A DNA stretch of 32,000 bases, from positions 660,001-692,000 of the forward strand of contig NZ_WUUQ01000001.1 in NCBI RefSeq assembly GCF_009831105.1, in the 5' to 3' direction. The notes beneath the pieces are model-generated. The model was not told the origin of the DNA and did not search any database. It saw only the letters and a program-made list of their open reading frames with translations. A program made the position numbers and the translations under genes. This DNA is from Copranaerobaculum intestinale (GTDB lineage Bacteria; Bacillota_I; Bacilli_A; Erysipelotrichales; Erysipelotrichaceae). Positions 24,908 through 32,000 of the stretch are shown piece after piece (the first letter of the stretch is position 1; each line of letters begins with the position of its first letter).

Positions 24908-26500
24908 ATGGGGTGCGAGGTGAATTCATATATGAAGAATATCATGAGAAAATTACATGTAAAAGAAGATCAGATACCACCGGATGCTGTGATGAATACC
25001 TTTGATGTAAAATACGGCAAACTATTGAAAACAGAAAATGTCGTATTAAGAAATGGTTCTTGGCGGACAACATCTGATGATCCTTTTTTTATCTTCCAAT
25101 TTTCATCTCCTTTTCAACAAGCCTATTTAGAGTTAAAAATGAATAAACAGTTTAGTGAAGATGAAGTTATATTTGTCTATTATGCATCTGATGAAAATTT
25201 CACACAAAAAAATACAGTTAAGATTTCTGTTAACTCAAATAAAATGTATGAAGGGGTAATATTCTTTCATGAAACTGTGCAATTTATAAGATTTGATCCA
25301 TGCGAACACATAATTGATCTTGCAAGCTTTCACATAAAAATAATTCCCTTAATATCAGAAACTGACTGCCGCGAGGCTATTTTAAATAAATATTCATGTA
25401 TAAAGGGAAATGGTATTGTGCTGGTATCACATGATTTAACAAAAACTGGTGCACCTATTCTAGTATGCAATATAGCAAGAAGTCTTATTGATCGCGGTGA
25501 GCAAGTTATTGTTTTAGCGCAAAATGGCGGTATCTTGCTCCATATGCTGCAACAAGATAAAATACCAGTTTTTGTATTAACTGATTTATTTGAAAAGAAA
25601 AGCTTAAAGCAATCCAAACGTGATATTTTTTCAACATTTATTCGAGCCTTTTATCAGATCGGGTATTCAAGAGTGCTTCTGAATACGATTATATCTGGAA
25701 ATATTGCAAAGATATTTAAAACTGAAGGTTTTAAAATAATTACTCTCATCCATGAAATGCGGACGTCTATTGAGCATTATAATTTCGGACGCTATGGTGA
25801 AGATATCAGGCTTTATTCTGATGCAGTCGTTTTTCCTGCAGAATGTGTGAAAAAGGATTTTGAATCCCTTTACGGTGAAACATCCAATGCCTATATTTAT
25901 CCGCAGGGTTATTTTCAAAAAGAGAATGCTGATAGGGCGAGTGAAATTTTGGTATCCGAGAAATATATCCTGGGATTGGGAACATTTTCATTGAGGAAAG
26001 GAACGGATTTATTTTGCTCAGCGGCAATTGAAATATTAAAGCGAGGAATAAGAGATTATCAGTTTGTATGGATAGGTGATTATGAAGACACCGAACTCTA
26101 TTACTGGCTGAAATTGCAAATACAAAAAGCTGGATTTGAAAAATATTTTATATTTATTCCTTTATTACCTGAAAATAGTTATAATAGTATGGTTAAAAGT
26201 GCAAGTGCTTTTTGGTTAACTTCCAGAGAAGATCCATTTCCTAATGTTATGATTGATGCAGTTTTCAATAAGGTGCCTGTTTTTGCATTTTTACATGCTG
26301 GGGGTGCAGATTCTCTATTAGCTGACGGCAGAGGATTTCTTATATCCAGGTTTGATATAGTGAAATTAGCTGATTTAACACTACAGTCGTTAAAAAATTC
26401 AAAAGAAATTGAAACAATGACAAATACAGCAAGAAATTATGCTGTGTTAAATTTGCAATTTGAAAATTATATACAAAAATTAATAGATCTTTGGGAATAG
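24908..26500 (+). CDS. Glycosyltransferase family 4/1 (GT-B) with an N-terminal domain of about 170 aa and unknown function
   Basis: GIVLVSHDLTKTGAPILVCNIARSL marks the start of the GT-B N-domain, and a C-terminal ...SREDPFPNVMIDA is EX7E-like. The start is ambiguous among 24902 (TTG), 24908 (ATG) and 24932 (ATG after GAGGTG). Confidence 0.7.
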   Translation: MGCEVNSYMKNIMRKLHVKEDQIPPDAVMNTFDVKYGKLLKTENVVLRNGSWRTTSDDPFFIFQFSSPFQQAYLELKMNKQFSEDEVIFVYYASDENFTQKNTVKISVNSNKMYEGVIFFHETVQFIRFDPCEHIIDLASFHIKIIPLISETDCREAILNKYSCIKGNGIVLVSHDLTKTGAPILVCNIARSLIDRGEQVIVLAQNGGILLHMLQQDKIPVFVLTDLFEKKSLKQSKRDIFSTFIRAFYQIGYSRVLLNTIISGNIAKIFKTEGFKIITLIHEMRTSIEHYNFGRYGEDIRLYSDAVVFPAECVKKDFESLYGETSNAYIYPQGYFQKENADRASEILVSEKYILGLGTFSLRKGTDLFCSAAIEILKRGIRDYQFVWIGDYEDTELYYWLKLQIQKAGFEKYFIFIPLLPENSYNSMVKSASAFWLTSREDPFPNVMIDAVFNKVPVFAFLHAGGADSLLADGRGFLISRFDIVKLADLTLQSLKNSKEIETMTNTARNYAVLNLQFENYIQKLIDLWE

Positions 26501-26509
26501 GAGGAACCT

Positions 26510-28147
26510 ATGAGTAACTATTATAACAAGCAAATAAGGCATGATTTAACTATGATTCATACTAGTAATATACATGAGGGATTCGTGAAGTCTTTCAATA
26601 AACGGATACTTATACAGATACATGTATATTTCATTGATATACTTGATGAAATTATTCAATCATTGAACTTTATGCCTTTTTCGTATGATTTATGGATCAG
26701 CACTGATAGCGAAAAGAAAAAGGCAATTATCGAAAGTAAAATTGAGTTGATTGATCACTGTTTGCAATATAAGGTTGATGTATATGAAAATCGTGGCAGA
26801 GATGTGCTCCCTTTTCTTAAGCAAGTAGGTTCCTTCATTGAAAATTATGACTATATATGTCACTTGCATACAAAAAAATCTGAAACTGTTGAATGGGGAG
26901 ACGCTTGGCGTCATCATTTGTATCAGAATTTATTTGGCAGTACCCAACATCTTTGCGAATTATTCAGCCGGATGGAGGAAGATGAACATTTAGGATTAGT
27001 AATGCCAGAGGTTTACCCTTTAATACAATTGGCAGCAAGATGGAATGGAACCAAAGATACTACGCAAACTTTATTGGCGGATATGGGAATAGCTGTCACA
27101 TTACCAGATGAACCGATATTTCCAGCTGGTACGATGTTTTGGGCAAAATCAAATGCTGTGCATCAAATATTTGAATTAGATTGGAGTCAATATGATTTTC
27201 CGGATGAAAATGGACAAATTGATTTTACACCAGCTCATGCAATTGAACGGATTTGGGTTTATCTTGTTAATGGAAACGGATATGATTATGAGATTGTTCA
27301 TAATGCAATTACTGTGAAGAAAGAAGAGATGAAGAATAAAAAACGTCTTCTTATATACAGCAGCTTGAAAAAAAATGGTTTCTTGGACATGGATATCGAA
27401 ACAATCAAAAAAATAAGTGACAGCTTTGAAACCATCATTTTTGCAACAGATTATTCGCATTTAAATGTGGATCCTCAATTTGCAAAAGAAAAAATAGTAT
27501 ACGCAGAGCATTTGAAAAAGCATAAATCTTTTGAAATTTGGCGTGAACATTTATCGACTATTAATCTGTTTGATTATGATCAATTGGTTTTAATGGACAA
27601 TTCATGTTTCGGTCCTGTTTATCCAATTGAAGAAATAATTCAAACAATGGATGACAGCTGTGATGCACTAGCTTTATATGGCATGCAGACGGATCAGAAT
27701 GAATGTATTTTAAAAAGTAATTTTCTGTTTTTTAATCAAGCCATTATTCATGATAATCGATTTCAATCTTTTTTTGGTAATGGAATTGACAGTATAAAAT
27801 GTACATCTGAATTTGAATTTAGACTATCACGTTTTTTGAAGCATGAAGGATTCAGCTTTAGAATCTTTTGTATAGAAAGTCTATATCTAGGAAAAATGTT
27901 AAATGTAAATCGTGAATTTGAACGTCTGCCATATGATTTTATCGTACTGAATTGTCCTTTCATAATGAAAGAGAGTACTTATACTGTAACTGACGCAGTT
28001 CGAAAAGCCTGCATTGATGTATTAAAACAGATGCCAAACACGCAAGTCTATGCTGATTTTTATAATACTTACAGACAAAGATCATTTTTCGATTTGCTTA
28101 AGTTAAAGTTGAATCAATTACTGACGGGGCGGGGATTCTTTTATTAA
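26510..28147 (+). CDS. Rhamnan synthesis protein F (RgpF)-like glycosyltransferase
   Basis: YENRGRDVLPFLKQ...YDYICHLHTKKS...WRHHLYQNLFGS...FPAGTMFWAK...ERIW, the pattern I associate with the Rhamnan_synth_F family. A GGAGG RBS is present. Confidence 0.75.
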   Translation: MSNYYNKQIRHDLTMIHTSNIHEGFVKSFNKRILIQIHVYFIDILDEIIQSLNFMPFSYDLWISTDSEKKKAIIESKIELIDHCLQYKVDVYENRGRDVLPFLKQVGSFIENYDYICHLHTKKSETVEWGDAWRHHLYQNLFGSTQHLCELFSRMEEDEHLGLVMPEVYPLIQLAARWNGTKDTTQTLLADMGIAVTLPDEPIFPAGTMFWAKSNAVHQIFELDWSQYDFPDENGQIDFTPAHAIERIWVYLVNGNGYDYEIVHNAITVKKEEMKNKKRLLIYSSLKKNGFLDMDIETIKKISDSFETIIFATDYSHLNVDPQFAKEKIVYAEHLKKHKSFEIWREHLSTINLFDYDQLVLMDNSCFGPVYPIEEIIQTMDDSCDALALYGMQTDQNECILKSNFLFFNQAIIHDNRFQSFFGNGIDSIKCTSEFEFRLSRFLKHEGFSFRIFCIESLYLGKMLNVNREFERLPYDFIVLNCPFIMKESTYTVTDAVRKACIDVLKQMPNTQVYADFYNTYRQRSFFDLLKLKLNQLLTGRGFFY

Positions 28148-28262
28148 CAGTTAGTTATCGATACTTGAAATGATTATTTAAAAGGGTTAAACTAAAAAGA
28201 TATGATTAACAAGGACATAAATATATGCTACTATTAATTGGTTTAAGTAGCAGGAGGTAACT

Positions 28263-29396
28263 ATGAACGATATTGCAATCCAGGTAATACAAATGTCTAA
28301 AAATTTCAAAAGAATTTTTGATAAACCAAATACGTTAAAAGAACGTTTGATTTTCTGGAACAAATCAAAAAGTGAAGTTCATCATGTATTGAAGAATATA
28401 AATATTAATATTCAGCACGGTGAAACAGTTGCATTGATAGGAAGCAATGGCAGCGGGAAGTCAACCTTGCTTAAATTAATGTCTAAAATTTTATATCCTA
28501 ATCAGGGCTCTATTATAACAAATGGAAAGTTAACATCATTGTTAGAATTAGGTGCAGGCTTTCACCCTGATTTCACCGGCAGGGAAAATATATATTTTAA
28601 TGCTGCTATATTTGGCTTATCAAAAAAACAAATCGAAAATCGCATGGAAGATATTATCGCTTTTTCAGAGCTTGGAGAATTTATTGATAATCCTGTAAGG
28701 ACATATTCTTCAGGAATGTATATGCGACTCGCTTTTTCAGTGGCGATTAACGTAGACGCTGAAATTTTGTTAATTGATGAAATATTGGCTGTAGGTGATC
28801 AGCATTTTCAGGATAAATGCTTTTCTAAGCTGGTTGAATTACGGGATAGTGATAAAACCATTGTAATCGTCTCTCATAGTCTTGATACGGTAAGGAGACT
28901 TTGTGGAAGAGCAATATGGCTTTATAATGGAGAAGTTGCGATGGATGGCGATCCTGCTGATGTCATCGACCATTATCTTGATAAAATGATAGAGGATCAT
29001 GACAGCAGTCAAACAGGTCCAGTCGAAAAAGTGGAAGGCCAAATCCATTTTGATGAGCCGCTTATGAATGAAATAGTAGTGGATGTATCAGAACCTTTGA
29101 TGGTACGCGGCTGGGCATTGTGTAATATTGCAAATACCACACTAAAAATTTATTTAGATGGAATGGAAATTGCCACCGCAATGCGAGAGCGCAGACCTGA
29201 TGTTTTGATGACTTATCATGATATGTACGGTGGTGCGGCTCCGAATGCTAAATGTGGATGGTATTGCCCGGTGAAATTAAATAATTATACCGGACTACAT
29301 AGTATTGATGCTATTCTATATAATAATTTTGATCAAAAAATAATTACTCAAGACAGAATCCAAATAAAAATAGAGGGGAATCAGGTGATTTCATGA
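28263..29396 (+). CDS. Polysaccharide/teichoic-acid export ABC transporter ATP-binding protein (Wzt/TagH/RgpD-like) with a C-terminal extension
   Basis: Walker A GSNGSGKST, signature YSSGMYMRLAF, Walker B ILLIDE, and H-loop VSHS. About 130 extra residues follow the NBD. Confidence 0.92.
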   Translation: MNDIAIQVIQMSKNFKRIFDKPNTLKERLIFWNKSKSEVHHVLKNININIQHGETVALIGSNGSGKSTLLKLMSKILYPNQGSIITNGKLTSLLELGAGFHPDFTGRENIYFNAAIFGLSKKQIENRMEDIIAFSELGEFIDNPVRTYSSGMYMRLAFSVAINVDAEILLIDEILAVGDQHFQDKCFSKLVELRDSDKTIVIVSHSLDTVRRLCGRAIWLYNGEVAMDGDPADVIDHYLDKMIEDHDSSQTGPVEKVEGQIHFDEPLMNEIVVDVSEPLMVRGWALCNIANTTLKIYLDGMEIATAMRERRPDVLMTYHDMYGGAAPNAKCGWYCPVKLNNYTGLHSIDAILYNNFDQKIITQDRIQIKIEGNQVIS

Positions 29397-30175
29397 ATCG
29401 ATTAAGAGAAATTATTTCCTATAAAGAACTTTTAAAGACGAGTATCCGTAAAGAAATCAGAGGAAAATATAAGGGTTCCGCGCTGGGTATTCTCTGGTCT
29501 TTTATCAATCCGCTTCTGTCTGTTTTAGTGTATGCAATTGTGTTTCCATATTTAATGGGAAATGTCATTGATAATTATTTGATTTATCTAGTAACAGGTA
29601 TAATTCCATGGACCTTTTTTGTAACTGTAGTACAGGCAGGCACTACATCGATTCGAGCAAATGCAGGAATCATTAAAAAAGTTTATTTCCCCCGAGAAAT
29701 TCTGCCGCTTTCAGTAGCGATAAGTGGAGTGATTAACTTTTTCATATCCTGTTTGATAGTCTTATTCTTTGTACTGATCAACGGAATTGGAATAAGCTGG
29801 CATTTGATTTTACTTCCGATTATTGCTATTATACAGACAATGTTGTCTCTAGCATTAATTTTGCCGCTGAGTGCAATTAATATATATATCAAGGATACCG
29901 AGTATATAGTTACCTTTGTATTGAATATGCTATTTTATGGTACTCCAATTTTGTATAGTTTAGCTCAATTTACGAACGCTTCTAAAATATTTTTAACATT
30001 GATCAATCTAAATCCACTAACTCACATTATGAATAGTTATCGTGATATTTTCCTATATCATCGAACACCGGATATGTTACTATTAGGTTGTGTGTTCCTT
30101 GCAAGTGCAGTATTATTGATTATTGGTTATTTGATTTTTGTCAGATTAGAAAAGGGATTTGCAGAGGAAGTATAA
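29393..30175 (+). CDS. ABC-2 type polysaccharide export permease (Wzm/TagG/RgpC-like)
   Basis: 260 aa with about 6 TM segments and the N-terminal YKELLKTSIRKEIRGKYKGSALGILWSFINPLL motif typical of ABC-2 permeases. A 4-nt overlap with the ATPase gene. Confidence 0.9.
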   Translation: MNRLREIISYKELLKTSIRKEIRGKYKGSALGILWSFINPLLSVLVYAIVFPYLMGNVIDNYLIYLVTGIIPWTFFVTVVQAGTTSIRANAGIIKKVYFPREILPLSVAISGVINFFISCLIVLFFVLINGIGISWHLILLPIIAIIQTMLSLALILPLSAINIYIKDTEYIVTFVLNMLFYGTPILYSLAQFTNASKIFLTLINLNPLTHIMNSYRDIFLYHRTPDMLLLGCVFLASAVLLIIGYLIFVRLEKGFAEEV

Positions 30176-30192
30176 TATTTGGGAGTGATGAA

Positions 30193-31167
30193 ATGGATAT
30201 AAGCATTGTAATTCCGGTGAAAAATGGCGGAGAAAAATTCAAAAAGTGTTTAGCGATGATTAAAAATCAAAAAACCTCATTAACTTATGAGGTTATTTGT
30301 GTTGATTCTGGATCAAAGGATGATAGTATCGCTGTTATAAAAGAGTATGGATATACCTTATATGAAATTCCTGCTGCGGAATTTGGACACGGTAAAACCA
30401 GAAACTTTGGAGCTTCAAAAGGATCAGGTCAATTCATTGTATTCATTACGCAAGATGCGATCCCTGCCCATGAAAACTGGCTTGAAAATCTTGTCCGTCC
30501 AATGTATCTGGATAAAGATATCGTTGGAGGATTTGGAGCACATTATCCTGATTTTGAGAATTGTAATGTATTCGAAATTCGAAATATAACTGAGTGTTTC
30601 CGTCAATTTGGTGATCAGACAAATATAATATCGCTGGATGATCAGTCTGCCTTTCTGAAAAATGATGCATATCGAGGTTACATATCATTTTTCTCGGATA
30701 ATAACTCTTGTGTTAGAAAATCAATTTTTGAGATTTATCCTTATGATGATGTAAATTTTGCAGAGGATCAAATCTGGATGAGAAAAATGATGGAAAAAGG
30801 TTATAAGAAGGTATTTTGTTACGATGCTCCAGTTATCCATTCGCATAATTATCCATTGAAAGAGTATTTTACCCGTTGCTATGATGAATACAAAGGTTTA
30901 TACAATATACAGCAGTATAGGATTGCCCGATCTGTCCCTGAGCTTTTGAAAGAGTATCTTAAGATTTGCTGGTATGAATTAAATTATGTACGTCATTCAG
31001 AACTCAGTATTAGCGAAAAAATAAAAAATATTATTTATATGTTTATTAGAAACTATTTTAAATTTAAGGCAGGATATTTAGGCGGCAAATATCATTTATT
31101 GGATGAGGATAAACAGATAAAATTGGATAGGAAATTCTCTCAGCAATTTAAACAGAGAAATAGTTAA
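30193..31167 (+). CDS. Glycosyltransferase family 2
   Basis: MDISIVIPVKNGGEKF...VICVDSGSKDDS...FGHGKTRNFG...ITQDAIP. A GGGAG RBS precedes the ATG at 30193. The 30088 start overlaps the permease gene and was rejected. Confidence 0.8.
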   Translation: MDISIVIPVKNGGEKFKKCLAMIKNQKTSLTYEVICVDSGSKDDSIAVIKEYGYTLYEIPAAEFGHGKTRNFGASKGSGQFIVFITQDAIPAHENWLENLVRPMYLDKDIVGGFGAHYPDFENCNVFEIRNITECFRQFGDQTNIISLDDQSAFLKNDAYRGYISFFSDNNSCVRKSIFEIYPYDDVNFAEDQIWMRKMMEKGYKKVFCYDAPVIHSHNYPLKEYFTRCYDEYKGLYNIQQYRIARSVPELLKEYLKICWYELNYVRHSELSISEKIKNIIYMFIRNYFKFKAGYLGGKYHLLDEDKQIKLDRKFSQQFKQRNS

Positions 31168-31181
31168 AGGAGCAATCAAAT

Positions 31182-32000
31182 ATGAGTAATATATTGCAGA
31201 AGCTTAAAAATGGTATCCACATGTTCAAGACCGGAGGAGTCAAGGCTGTATTCAATCGACTTTTAAATAAACCTGTTCCTGCTAAAATCAATTTATTAAA
31301 AGATTTGGAATTCATTGTGAATACAGAAACAATCCCCTTTAATCAGGCTGAATATGACGCAAGTATGAAAACGGGAAATATTCTCTTAAACTGGATTATT
31401 CCTGATGTAGGAGTTGGTGGCGGAGGTCATATAAACATTTTTCGTTTTATCAGTATGATTGAAGATGAGCATGTGCATAGCCGCGTGTATTTGGATGCCT
31501 CTCGTTTTTATGATAATAAAGAGCTAACCGAGTTTGTACATCTGCATTATTCAGATGTTATTGATACAAGAATTGAATTCTTCTACAGTACATCATTTAT
31601 ATCATTTGCTCATGCCACCATAGCGACTGCTTGGCATACAGCTTATTTTGTTAAAAGATTTGAGAATACACTGGAAAAATTCTATTTCATACAGGACTAT
31701 GAGCCTTATTTTTTCCCAGTTGGATCATTTTACGAATTTGCAAAAAATACGTATAAGTTCGGTTTCAAGGGAATAACAGCTGGCGACTGGCTTAAAGATA
31801 TTTGCATTAACGATTTTAATATGCAGGCAGAAAGTTTTGCTTTTTCTTTTGATAAAACCCTGTATATTTCAAAAGAAAAAAAGGATTCAGTAAATCGTGT
31901 TTTCTTTTATGCCCGTCAGAACACATCTCGGCGAGATTTTGAAATTGGTATTTTGGCTTTAGAATTATTATCAAAAAAAATACCTAATTTTGAAGTTGTA
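31182..32000 (+). CDS. Glycosyltransferase, WsaF-like rhamnosyltransferase family (3' end cut by window edge)
   Basis: AAAGGAG RBS, with the frame open to the window end. LNWIIPDVGVGGGGHINIFRFI resembles the N-terminal signature I recall for WsaF-family GTs. This ORF is not listed in the supplied track because it has no stop codon in the window. Confidence 0.6.
   Translation, partial: MSNILQKLKNGIHMFKTGGVKAVFNRLLNKPVPAKINLLKDLEFIVNTETIPFNQAEYDASMKTGNILLNWIIPDVGVGGGGHINIFRFISMIEDEHVHSRVYLDASRFYDNKELTEFVHLHYSDVIDTRIEFFYSTSFISFAHATIATAWHTAYFVKRFENTLEKFYFIQDYEPYFFPVGSFYEFAKNTYKFGFKGITAGDWLKDICINDFNMQAESFAFSFDKTLYISKEKKDSVNRVFFYARQNTSRRDFEIGILALELLSKKIPNFEVV

Overview
Low-GC Firmicute-like (Bacillota) chromosomal window with three parts. 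(1) 1-1922: the 3' end of a type II-A CRISPR-Cas locus. It has a partial cas2, a csn2-position gene, and an array of 10 x 36-bp repeats (the last one degenerate) with 9 spacers, two of them identical. (2) 1923-14540: a housekeeping block that looks more GC-rich (about 45% in hand-counted sample lines). It holds pepF, deoD, csoR-copA with a recognisable promoter and operator, and mutY-nudix followed with no terminator by a solitary phage-tail-sheath homolog. Next come an aspartokinase lacking ACT domains, an aspartate-semialdehyde-dehydrogenase homolog whose catalytic Cys and His appear replaced, a copZ-like HMA gene, a small membrane protein, a YdcC/LolA-like gene overlapping a mazF/ndoA toxin with no visible mazE, and a tRNA-Ser/Asp/Gly cluster. 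(3) 14541-32000: a visibly AT-rich (about 25-30% GC in sampled lines), all plus-strand cell-wall or capsular polysaccharide locus of the ABC-transporter-dependent, rhamnan-like type. It encodes an LCP ligase, a pyruvyl transferase plus FrhB-like Fe-S protein, a class V aminotransferase, a TagD-type cytidylyltransferase fused to a Gfo/Idh/MocA oxidoreductase, a split Alg14/Alg13-like GT, four GT2s, a GT4, an RgpF-like protein, a Wzt/Wzm-like ABC exporter and a WsaF-like GT cut by the window edge. The most unusual items are the orphan sheath gene inside a DNA-repair operon, the ACT-less aspartokinase with a pseudo-ASD, the antitoxin-less mazF, and odd features at both ends of the CRISPR array. 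All calls rest on reading the sequence and on motif recall; no database search was run.
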